The notes under the pieces: generated by a model
Seen by the model: only the letters and a program-made list of their open reading frames with translations
Databases searched by the model: none
Told to the model about the DNA's origin: nothing
Translations under genes and position numbers: made by a program
DNA from: Geomobilimonas luticola
GTDB lineage: Bacteria > Desulfobacterota > Desulfuromonadia > Geobacterales > Geobacteraceae
Assembly: GCF_018476905.1 (NCBI RefSeq)
Contig: NZ_JAHCVK010000010.1
Location: forward strand, 7,806-31,805
DNA length: 24,000 bases
Direction of reading: 5' to 3'
Part shown: positions 15,334 to 22,931 of the stretch, piece by piece
How positions within the stretch are numbered: position 1 is the stretch's first letter
Layout: every line of letters starts with the position of its first letter

Positions 15334-16032
15334 ATGAAGAGAATGGGAAGAAACGTAATCAAGTATGGTGCCGTAGTGGTTCTGACAGCCTGGAGCGCTG
15401 CGGCAGCGGCATCCGGCGGGGGAGCGGGCATCTCTGCCGATGAAGCGTGGCAGAAGCTGATGGACGGGAATACGCGATATCTTGAAAGCAAAATGACCGG
15501 TGTGAAAAACTGTGACCTTGCGGCTCGCGATACGCTCGCCAAGGGGCAAAAACCCTATGCGATCATCGTCTCCTGTTCCGATTCCCGGGTGCCGCCTGAA
15601 CTGATATTCGACGAGGGGCTCGGCGAAATCTTTGTGGTACGGGTGGCTGGTAACGTTGTGGATCCCATCGTTCTCGGCAGCATCGAATACGCCGCGGAAC
15701 ACCTCGGTTCGCCCCTGGTCGTGGTGCTCGGCCATGAGCGCTGCGGTGCCGTAACCGCGGCCGTCGATGCAAAAGGGAAACCGGAGGGGAATATCGGCGC
15801 CATTGTCAAGGAGATTGCGCCTGCGGTGAAAAAGGCGCGGAAGGAAGCCGCAGGCAAGGAGAAAGCGGAACTGGTGGAAACTGCCATCAACGACAACATA
15901 CGGCTCGTGGCCGCCAATATCCAGAAAAAATCGCCGGTCATCAGGCATATGCTCAAGGAAGGAAAGGTCAAGGTCGTAACCGCCAAGTACGACCTGGATG
16001 ACGGCAAGGTGACGAAGCTGGAAGCAAAATAG
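15334..16032 (+). CDS. Beta-class carbonic anhydrase with N-terminal signal peptide
   Basis: Zinc-ligand motifs 'CSDSR' and 'HERCGAV'. ATG 15334 has GGAGGA 6 nt upstream. The N-terminus 'MKRMGRNVIKYGAVVVLTAWSAAAAA' looks like a Sec signal peptide. Confidence 0.9.
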   Translation: MKRMGRNVIKYGAVVVLTAWSAAAAASGGGAGISADEAWQKLMDGNTRYLESKMTGVKNCDLAARDTLAKGQKPYAIIVSCSDSRVPPELIFDEGLGEIFVVRVAGNVVDPIVLGSIEYAAEHLGSPLVVVLGHERCGAVTAAVDAKGKPEGNIGAIVKEIAPAVKKARKEAAGKEKAELVETAINDNIRLVAANIQKKSPVIRHMLKEGKVKVVTAKYDLDDGKVTKLEAK

Positions 16033-16060
16033 GTTGGTGCCATGTTCGCCACGTTCGACA

Positions 16061-16096
16061 GGACCTGCTCTTTCCGGAGCGGGTCCTGCTTTTTTC
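16061..16096 (+). terminator. Rho-independent terminator
   Basis: GGACCTGCTC / GAGCGGGTCC stem (one G-U pair) with loop TTTCCG, followed by TGCTTTTTTCG. Confidence 0.75.
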
Positions 16097-16200
16097 GTTG
16101 TATGACGCGGTGTTTCCGGTCAGTGACAGTTTGACTAATGGGGAAACGATGGTAAACAGTTAAGGCAGGTTGTTGCTATTCCATGTATGAGGTGATACCC

Positions 16201-16821
16201 ATGAAAAATGTGACGATGGTGCTCGCTGGTATACTGGTGCTGGCAATGTCTTCAGTCTGTTTTGGTGCCGGCGGGTATGTTGGTGGTGCTGCCGGTGTTT
16301 TCATGCCCCAGGACAGCACGGTTACGAACTTCGATGGCACGCGGGGAAACCAGTCGTACGATACGGGGTATGTCCTTACCGCCTTCGGCGGTTATGCGTT
16401 CGACAGCGGTCTTCGCCTGGAAGGAGAGCTGGCCTACCGGGAGGCTGAGCTGGACAGGGCTGCCGGTACTTACAGTTATGGTTATTACGGGTATAACGAT
16501 TCCCTCTGGGCATTCAGCGGCATGGCGAATCTGTTCTTCGACTTGCGTAACAATACGAATGTGACTCCGTACCTGGGAGGGGGGATCGGTTTCGCCACGG
16601 TCAGTTTTGATAATGGGTACTACAATCAGTACTACTATGATTCAGAAGAGGAAACCGTTTTCGCCTATCAGGCCGGGGGCGGGGTGTGCATCGATCTCAG
16701 CAGGAACGTGGCATTGGATATAGGGTACCGCTATTTCGGTACGGAAAACATCCATTTTGACTTCAGAGAGATTGAACTGGATAGCCACAACGTGACCGTT
16801 GGCGTAAAATTCAAATTCTGA
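16201..16821 (+). CDS. Outer-membrane beta-barrel protein (OmpA-N/OmpW-like, PF13505-type)
   Basis: ATG 16201 has GAGGTG 6 nt upstream. Signal peptide 'MKNVTMVLAGILVLAMSSVCFG'. Alternating aromatic/Gly-rich strands, and a C-terminal 'VGVKFKF' ending in Phe. Confidence 0.8.
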   Translation: MKNVTMVLAGILVLAMSSVCFGAGGYVGGAAGVFMPQDSTVTNFDGTRGNQSYDTGYVLTAFGGYAFDSGLRLEGELAYREAELDRAAGTYSYGYYGYNDSLWAFSGMANLFFDLRNNTNVTPYLGGGIGFATVSFDNGYYNQYYYDSEEETVFAYQAGGGVCIDLSRNVALDIGYRYFGTENIHFDFREIELDSHNVTVGVKFKF

Positions 16822-16846
16822 TATCAGCAGCATTCTTGCAGGCACG

Positions 16847-16880
16847 AAAAAGCCGGTGCGGTCGCACCGGCTTTTTTTTT
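16847..16880. terminator. Bidirectional rho-independent terminator between convergent genes
   Basis: AAAAAGCCGGTGC-GGTC-GCACCGGCTTTTTTTTT: a perfect GC-rich stem flanked by an A-tract and a T-tract. It sits between the OMP stop (16821) and the pepF stop (16888). Confidence 0.85.
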
Positions 16881-16887
16881 GTGCGGG

Positions 16888-18663
16888 TCAGACCAGCCTC
16901 TTCAGTTCTTCGATCAGCTCCCGCAGCACATCATATCCGCTCTGCCAGAAATCCGGGGCCGTCAGGTCAACGCCGGCCGGTCGTACCGTGTCGGCCGGCG
17001 ACAGGGAACCTCCGCTGGCGAGTATGGTGCGGTAGCAGGGGATGAATGACTCGCCCTGTACCAGGTAGTTGCGGTAGAGGGAGAGCACAAGCAGTTCGGC
17101 AAAGGTGTAGGAGTAGCAGTAGAAGCGGGCGTGGATGAAGTGGGAGATGTAGCTCCACCCCCAGCGGTACGGTTCGATCATGGTGACGGCGTCGCCATAC
17201 AGTTTTCCGTTCTCTTCCCACCAGATATCACCGATGCGGCCGGCGGTCAGAAGGCCCGTGGCGCGCTCCCGGTGAAGCCGCTCCTCGAAGCGGGTCAGGA
17301 CGTTCTGGCGGAAGGTGGTGGCGATGATGTCCTCGATCTTGGCGCAGAGAAGGGCGATCTTGACCGACGGGTCATTCTCCCGGGCCAGCAGGTAACGGGT
17401 CAGGAGCATCTCGCCGAACACCGACGCCGTTTCGGCAAGGGGGAGCGGTGCGTGGTAGTTGACCATGGTCTGCTGCTGGGCGAGGACGAAGTGAATGCCA
17501 TGTCCCAGTTCGTGGGCCAGGGTCGCCACGTCCCGGAGGTTGCCGGTGAAGTTGAGGAGAACGTAGGGAGACAGGTGGGGGGTCATCCCCATGCAGAAGG
17601 CGCCACCCCCCTTGCCGGGGCGGGGGAGGACGTCGATGTGCCGCTCCCGGAAGAACGTGGCGGCGATGTCGCGGAACTCGGTGGAGAAATCGCCGTAGGC
17701 AGCCAGCACCAGCTCCTTCGCCTCATCGAAGGAGTAAGTCCTGCCGGTCTCTCCCACCGGCGCATAGATGTCGGTGTTTTTCAGCTGCGGCAGCCCGAGC
17801 AGGCGCGCTTTCAGCCGAAAGTATTCCTGGGCCAGCGGGTAGTTGGCCTCGCTGACCGACATGAGACGCTCCACCACCTCCGCCGACAGCTCGTTCCCCA
17901 GGTTGGTCGGCTCCATGGGGTAGCGGTAGCTGCGTAACTCCATGTCCTGACCGTGGTCGAGGGCGACATTGTTGAAGACCGCCGCATACACTATCCCGTG
18001 CTCGGCGTGACGCTCCAGAAATACGCCGAAGGCACGTTCCCGAACGTCGGGGGACGGATGGTGGAGGAGCCCCAGAAGCTCTTCGCCGGTGTAGTCCCGT
18101 TCCTCCCCATCCACCTGGAACCGGAAGGTGAACGATGCGGAAAGCTCGTCGAAGAGGCGGTTGAAGGCCTCGACTCCCGTGAGGTTCTTCTGTTTGAGGA
18201 GGCTTTCTTCCCTCTCCGCCAGGGTGTGGGGGCGGAACTTTCGCAGGCTGGCCAGGTAATGGCGGTAGCCGGCAAAGCGGGTGTCTGAGGTCAGGGCAGC
18301 GTACCGGTCATCGGGCAGATGGATGAGTTCCAGGTCAAAGAAGAGGAGTTCCCGGCTCATCCGGTTGCCGAATTCGGCCGCCCGTTGGGAGAGGCGCTTG
18401 ACGGTATCGTCACCCGAGTCGGCGGCGAAAAGGAGATAGGCATAGAGCTGGGGCTTGACGAGGAACTCTTCCAGAGTCTCGTAGGCGGACAGCGCTTCCA
18501 GCAGCGCATCGTCGTCGAGGCCGGCTATTTTCCCCTGGTACTGGGTGCGGAAAGCCTCGGCCCGGGTTCTGCCCGTGGCAAAATCGGCGTCAAGTTCGGC
18601 TGCTGCGGGACCCGGGTAGAGGCGGGTGGTATCCCAGGTCATGCTGGTGATGTCGGTTGTCAT
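16888..18663 (-). CDS. pepF: Oligoendopeptidase F family (M3B metallopeptidase)
   Basis: 591-aa ORF with zinc motif 'HELGHGIH' (HEXXH). Length and overall pattern are typical of PepF/M3B. AAAGGA RBS precedes the ATG. Confidence 0.85.
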   Translation of the reverse strand: MTTDITSMTWDTTRLYPGPAAAELDADFATGRTRAEAFRTQYQGKIAGLDDDALLEALSAYETLEEFLVKPQLYAYLLFAADSGDDTVKRLSQRAAEFGNRMSRELLFFDLELIHLPDDRYAALTSDTRFAGYRHYLASLRKFRPHTLAEREESLLKQKNLTGVEAFNRLFDELSASFTFRFQVDGEERDYTGEELLGLLHHPSPDVRERAFGVFLERHAEHGIVYAAVFNNVALDHGQDMELRSYRYPMEPTNLGNELSAEVVERLMSVSEANYPLAQEYFRLKARLLGLPQLKNTDIYAPVGETGRTYSFDEAKELVLAAYGDFSTEFRDIAATFFRERHIDVLPRPGKGGGAFCMGMTPHLSPYVLLNFTGNLRDVATLAHELGHGIHFVLAQQQTMVNYHAPLPLAETASVFGEMLLTRYLLARENDPSVKIALLCAKIEDIIATTFRQNVLTRFEERLHRERATGLLTAGRIGDIWWEENGKLYGDAVTMIEPYRWGWSYISHFIHARFYCYSYTFAELLVLSLYRNYLVQGESFIPCYRTILASGGSLSPADTVRPAGVDLTAPDFWQSGYDVLRELIEELKRLV

Positions 18664-18673
18664 GGGGTCCTTT

Positions 18674-18702
18674 CAAAAAAATGGGAGCGTCAGTGCGCTC
18701 CC
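18674..18702 (-). terminator. Rho-independent terminator (minus strand) after the DUF4410-like gene
   Basis: On the minus strand: GGGAGCG-CACTGA-CGCTCCC followed by ATTTTTTTG. The T-tract ends ~10 nt before the pepF ATG. Confidence 0.7.
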
Positions 18703-18728
18703 GTCAGGTGCCAAGTAATGTATAAAAA

Positions 18729-19328
18729 TCAGTAAAGTTTTTGAATGAAGTTGGCGATGTTTTCGCCGAGGCTTTTGGCCTGGTGGGGGAAGAGCCCGTC
18801 GAAGCTCTCAAGCGAAGCGACCCCTTTGTAACCGGTTTCCCGGTCCTCGAATGTCGCAAGCTGTTTGCCGGTCTCGGCGTCGATCAACTGTCCCTTTACC
18901 TTCAGATACGTTTTCCCTGCGCCGAAGCCAACCCAGAACCTTGCTGCACGGTTCCCACCGTTGAATTCGGTAAATGACCCCTCGAGTATAATGGCCTTTC
19001 CCTGCGGGGTACCATTTTTGAGTATGGTCTTGAAAAGCTTGCGCAGTTTGAGTTCCATTTCGAGACTGTCGGTCACGGTTCTGGCGAGCATCGGTTTCAT
19101 TGCCTCGAATTTGGGCATCTCTTCGTCGTCGATGTTTGTGAGCTCTGCCCCCTCGAGTTTCAGGTCGCGGATGACGATGGTATCATAGCTGGAAAGTTTC
19201 TGCGAGGTGAACACCTCTTCTTCGGTCAGGACATCAGGCTTTGCAAGCGGTTTTTCCTCTGCCAAAACCGGCGCAGCCGCAACAAGAAATGCCATTCCCA
19301 CCAACAGCCCCATTATCTGCCGTTTCAT
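18729..19328 (-). CDS. Secreted/periplasmic protein of unknown function (DUF4410-like)
   Basis: The likely start is ATG 19328 ('MKRQIMGLLVGMAFLVAAAPVLAEE', a signal peptide), preceded by GAGGAGGAG. The family call comes from the 'NRAARFWVGFGAGKTYLKVKGQLIDAETGK' region and is tentative. Confidence 0.6.
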   Translation of the reverse strand: MKRQIMGLLVGMAFLVAAAPVLAEEKPLAKPDVLTEEEVFTSQKLSSYDTIVIRDLKLEGAELTNIDDEEMPKFEAMKPMLARTVTDSLEMELKLRKLFKTILKNGTPQGKAIILEGSFTEFNGGNRAARFWVGFGAGKTYLKVKGQLIDAETGKQLATFEDRETGYKGVASLESFDGLFPHQAKSLGENIANFIQKLY

Positions 19329-19360
19329 ACGCTCCTCCTCAATAAAAATAGATGCTGGCA

Positions 19361-19389
19361 AGGATAATCCCATTGCCGGTGCGTGTCAA
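19361..19389 (-). promoter_or_regulatory. Likely sigma70 promoter for the DUF4410-like gene
   Basis: On the minus strand: TTGACA (perfect -35) - 17 nt - TATCCT, about 30 nt upstream of the RBS. Confidence 0.45.
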
Positions 19390-19449
19390 GGAGCGATGAG
19401 GGTGGAAGGCCCCTCAGCCCGATGTCCGAGAATACGGCTGCACAGGGTG

Positions 19450-20309
19450 TCATGCGGCGTGGAGTACGCCGACCACCGCCTCCCGGATAGTGGCGAGCTT
19501 GGCCGGCTTTTTCAGCTGTGATGCCCCGGTGCTTTTGATGAAGGAGAGGTCTTTTGACCGCGTGGTGCCGGTCAGGAAGAGGAAATGTCGGCGGATGGCA
19601 GGATCGATGGAGATGGCCTGCCGATAAAACTCGACGTCGTCCATTTCCGGCATCTCCACATCCGAATGATTGCGTCGAAATGCTTCTGGCGCAGACGTGC
19701 AAGGGCCTCACTGCCGCTATGGGTGACAACCAGCTTGCCATAGGGCGACATGATGATGGTGAGGAGCCGGGTCATGTCCGGGTCGTCCTCCAGTATCAGT
19801 ATGCGTTTTTGCCAGAGGGGGGCGAGATTGCGGATGATCTGGAGGTAGTCGTCGTGTTCCGGCTGCTCCAGAAGATAGTCTTCGATTGTCCGGCGATGGT
19901 GTTCAATTTCGGCAACCATTCGCTGAAATTCACGGTCCTCACCCGCAGCCCACCCCATCACATAGAGGAACAGCGAATTCCACTCGGAAAATTCGAGGGC
20001 GGCGATGAGTTCTATCATCCCTTTCTTGGTAAGGTGCGGGTCGGCGATGCGATGTCGTGCCGTTCTCAGCATGCCCTCCATGTTTTCGCCGGTGACAGTG
20101 CCGAACTGCTGCTTGAGTTCTTCCAGGGGAGGACAGGTATCGCTCTCCGCAATGGTATGGAAAAAGTCGCCATGGTCGTTTTCCTGGGCGGCAAGGGTCT
20201 TCAGGAAACGGGCAAAATCGTGATCATCGGCGAAAAGCAGGGAGGCGGTGTGGTAGATTGCCGCGATGTCCAGTTCCCGCTCTTCCAGCCAGGTCATGAG
20301 TTGGTTCAT
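19450..20309 (-). pseudogene. Response regulator with N-terminal ferritin-like (ExxH x2) domain and C-terminal receiver domain, interrupted by a 1-nt frameshift
   Basis: Two overlapping ORFs (19572-20333 and 19450-19659) join into one protein if one base is restored near 19664-19667: '...KRILILEDDPDM...HFDAII|SDVEMPEMDDVEF...LFLTG...KKPAKL', a complete REC domain. The minus strand reads ATCATTCGGATGTGGAG where ATCATTTCGGATGTGGAG would be in frame. The probable start is ATG 20309 (GAGGAG 6 nt upstream); the alternative is ATG 20333. Confidence 0.75.
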
Positions 20310-20349
20310 GTTCCGCTCCTCGTATTCAGGCATAAAAATTAATAATTAA

Positions 20350-20378
20350 ACCATACCAACAAATACGTTATTTGACAA
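20350..20378 (-). promoter_or_regulatory. Possible sigma70 promoter for the response-regulator gene
   Basis: On the minus strand: TTGTCA - 17 nt - TATGGT, in the AT-rich intergenic region. Confidence 0.35.
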
Positions 20379-20536
20379 GCATGTATTGCGGAGAAATTTC
20401 TGGCGCTGGCTGCAACCCAAACGGGCAGTGGACGGGATAAATGAAATATGATGCTTTCAAAAGAGGGGTTATACGAGGCAAGTGTCGCTTAAAGACCTAC
20501 AGGTAGAGCATTAACGGTTGCAAATGGCGTAAAAGC

Positions 20537-21325
20537 TCACCGGTTACGACTTTTGACGAGAATGGGATAGGGATTTACAGGGAGGAGACTGCCGTTTTTG
20601 TACTTCAGCCAGGTGAGATGCAGATGGGTGGGAGAACGTTTTTTGGCGGCATTGTAGCCGCTTCTGCCGACGGTGGCGATTACGTCGCCCGGTTTGACAA
20701 TCGTGCCGATGGTGGCGGCAAGTTGCCGGTTGTGGGCGTAGTAGAGGAGGGAGTCGGTTGACGGATCGTATATCCAGAGGTACTTGCCCCCCCGCAGCCT
20801 GCTGCCGGCCTGCCATTCGGCTGCCGTGGCCACGACGATGCCGCCGGTCATGGAGAGCACCGGGACATGGTCGCCGGTCCGGTCGTCCCGTTCATCCTGG
20901 TTCCGGTCGCGGATAAAGATATCGAGAGAAGGGTGGGCGGCATGGCGGTTACCGGCAAACCAGTCATAGCCGCGAGGTTCGTAGCCGTGCCGTTTGCCAC
21001 CCGCGATTGCACGCGGTGTGTAGCCGGCAAGGGGGAAGACCCAGTCGTCAGGGGTGTACTCCTTGCCGCCATGGGCATAATAGTAGTCACGAATGAGGGG
21101 GAGGAGTCGCTGCAATTCAGCGGCTGCCGCCGCTTTTCCGGTAAGTCCGTCCCGGACCCGGGTGTTGAGACGGTCGAATTCCGTGCAGGCTACGCAGGAT
21201 GAGTCGTTGTCGACAATCGCTGACGGGGTGTCGGCGCTGGAACAGAGATTGCCGTGGAGCACGATGAACAGCGCAAGAAGGCAGGCGGAAAACCGGCTGA
21301 ACAAGGGGGTGTTGGCATGTGGCAT
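20537..21325 (-). CDS. M23 family (LytM-type) metallopeptidase, secreted
   Basis: 262-aa ORF with a hydrophobic N-terminal signal ('FSACLLALFIVLHGNLCSS'). M23 zinc motifs 'HPSLDIF' (HxxxD) and 'THLHLTW' (HxH). Starts 7 nt after the NUDIX gene stop. Confidence 0.85.
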   Translation of the reverse strand: MPHANTPLFSRFSACLLALFIVLHGNLCSSADTPSAIVDNDSSCVACTEFDRLNTRVRDGLTGKAAAAAELQRLLPLIRDYYYAHGGKEYTPDDWVFPLAGYTPRAIAGGKRHGYEPRGYDWFAGNRHAAHPSLDIFIRDRNQDERDDRTGDHVPVLSMTGGIVVATAAEWQAGSRLRGGKYLWIYDPSTDSLLYYAHNRQLAATIGTIVKPGDVIATVGRSGYNAAKKRSPTHLHLTWLKYKNGSLLPVNPYPILVKSRNR

Positions 21326-21332
21326 GTTTGTA

Positions 21333-21785
21333 TCACTCCGGCCGGTCGGTGGTGTGCACCTGGTAGGGGGAGGTGGTGTAGGCGTGGAATTTCACCGTTC
21401 CCCCAAAGTCGAGCAGTGCCAGGAGACGGTCACGGGTCACCGGGTGGGTGACACGAGCGAGCGCTTCGTCGGTGGGGAACCAGCCTGCTTCGGGTGTTTC
21501 CTCGCTCGGGCGCGGGACTCCTGCTCCATGACGGGCGATAAAGGTGCAGATGAGGGCGGCGGGTGGGGACAGTTTCGACCAGACGCAGGCAAGGATGGCG
21601 GATTCAATCGTGACGCCGGTCTCTTCATGCACCTCCCGGTGAAGGGCGGTAATCAGGTCCTCACCTTCCTCCATCCGTCCCTGGGGGAGCTCCCACCCCC
21701 GCTTGCGATGGCGTACGAGGAGCACCTCGCCACTGTCATTGCGCACCAGGCAGCCGACGACTACGATATGTCTCGGATTGTCCAT
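21333..21785 (-). CDS. NUDIX hydrolase
   Basis: 150-aa ORF with a full Nudix box 'GRMEEGEDLITALHREVHEETGV' (Gx5Ex7REUxEExGU). Confidence 0.9.
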   Translation of the reverse strand: MDNPRHIVVVGCLVRNDSGEVLLVRHRKRGWELPQGRMEEGEDLITALHREVHEETGVTIESAILACVWSKLSPPAALICTFIARHGAGVPRPSEETPEAGWFPTDEALARVTHPVTRDRLLALLDFGGTVKFHAYTTSPYQVHTTDRPE

Positions 21786-21955
21786 GAATATCCCCGTTAG
21801 AGTGATGCATCAATGGTAGCATGGCCGCGACAGGTGTCCACGCGGTCATCGTCGTGATGATTTAGGCAGTCGCCATCCGCGGGCGATTGTGGTAAGGTTA
21901 CCGGACGGGGAGCGATACAGGATAGAGTGCTCCCTGTCCACCGGGAGGAGATGGC

Positions 21956-22309
21956 ATGAAACAATTGATTGTGAGATGGATCATCAACAGCACGGCGCTC
22001 CTTGTCGTAGCCCATCTTGTTTCGGGGGTATCCCTCGACAACTGGATGACCGTCTTTGCCGCCGCCGTCGTTCTCGGGCTTCTGAACGCGTTTCTCCGGC
22101 CGATCCTCATCTTTCTCACCCTGCCGGTAACGGTGGTTACCCTCGGTCTCTTCACCCTGGTCATCAACGCTTTTCTCTTCTACCTGGCGTCCCTGCTGGT
22201 CAGCGGATTCCATGTCGCCGGCTTCGGACAGGCCTTCATTGCCGCTTTTGTCTTCAGCATCGTCAGCTTCCTGTTAAGCCTCTTCATCGGTTCGAACGAC
22301 AACAGGTAA
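21956..22309 (+). CDS. DUF360 / phage-holin-4-2 family small membrane protein (YvlD-like)
   Basis: 117-aa ORF with GGGAGGAG RBS and four predicted TM helices. The sequence 'LLNAFLRPILIFLTLPVTVVTLGLFTLVINA' matches my memory of the DUF360 family. Confidence 0.75.
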   Translation: MKQLIVRWIINSTALLVVAHLVSGVSLDNWMTVFAAAVVLGLLNAFLRPILIFLTLPVTVVTLGLFTLVINAFLFYLASLLVSGFHVAGFGQAFIAAFVFSIVSFLLSLFIGSNDNR

Positions 22310-22357
22310 CGAGGTGTCGGTTCTGGCCAACCCATGGTCGGCTGGAGAGTATCGTGA

Positions 22358-22389
22358 ATGGAAAAGCCTGCGTAAGCAGGCTTTTCCAT
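22358..22389. terminator. Strong hairpin between convergent genes (probable terminator, no clear U-tract)
   Basis: ATGGAAAAGCCTGC-GTAA-GCAGGCTTTTCCAT: a perfect 14-bp stem with a GNRA-type tetraloop, between the stop at 22309 (+) and the stop at 22428 (-). Confidence 0.55.
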
Positions 22390-22427
22390 TGTGAGGCAGG
22401 GAGAGATTTGTCTGGCTGTGGGGGACT

Positions 22428-22913
22428 TCATTTCCGGCAACAGTCGTCGAGGAACTGCTGCAATGCCCCCTCCGGCACGTTCGCCAGAGAGGCTATCCTC
22501 CCGAGTCGCGGGAATGCCCAGGTACTCTCACCTTCCGCCAGTAACGTACCGTCGGTTGAATGGATGGTGGAGCGGACGACGGCGCTCCGGTCGTCGCTGC
22601 TCATGATTGTCCCTTCCACCCGGATTTCCGTGTTGGTAGGCACCGGCTTCAGGTAGCGGGTCGTCATTTCCCTGGTTACGCCGAGCCGGCCGATGCGGGC
22701 AAACAGCGACCATCCCGCCGCCTCGTCCAGCAGCGTGGCGATTATGCCGCCGTGAACCAGTCCTTCGAAACCGCAGTAGGTGTCGGGAATCGTGCAGCTG
22801 GTTACACATCCTTCATCCGTGTGGGAAAAGCGGAGCTGAAGTCCCTTTGGATTTCCGCTTGAACAGCCGAAACAGGAGCCGGGCCAGTGTCCCTGGACTT
22901 CGTTATTTCCCAT
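22428..22913 (-). CDS. PaaI-family (hotdog fold) thioesterase
   Basis: 161-aa ORF. N-terminal 'CFGCSSGNPKGLQLRF' and catalytic-region 'LVHGGIIATLLDEAAG' are typical of PaaI/4HBT-type thioesterases. Starts 18 nt after the upstream gene's stop. Confidence 0.85.
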   Translation of the reverse strand: MGNNEVQGHWPGSCFGCSSGNPKGLQLRFSHTDEGCVTSCTIPDTYCGFEGLVHGGIIATLLDEAAGWSLFARIGRLGVTREMTTRYLKPVPTNTEIRVEGTIMSSDDRSAVVRSTIHSTDGTLLAEGESTWAFPRLGRIASLANVPEGALQQFLDDCCRK

Positions 22914-22931
22914 GGGAATTCCTCTCTAGAA

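Noticed and set aside
18696-18714. TGGCAC (minus strand) upstream of pepF as a sigma54 -24 element.
   Set aside because: The downstream element is GGGAGC, so the GG-to-GC spacing is 14 rather than 12. The sequence is part of the terminator stem.
21956-22309. DUF360 'phage holin 4' family gene as a sign of a prophage or lysis cassette.
   Set aside because: There are no phage genes (endolysin, spanin, integrase, structural) nearby. This family is widespread as a chromosomal housekeeping membrane protein. The adjacent M23 peptidase is on the opposite strand in a separate NUDIX operon.
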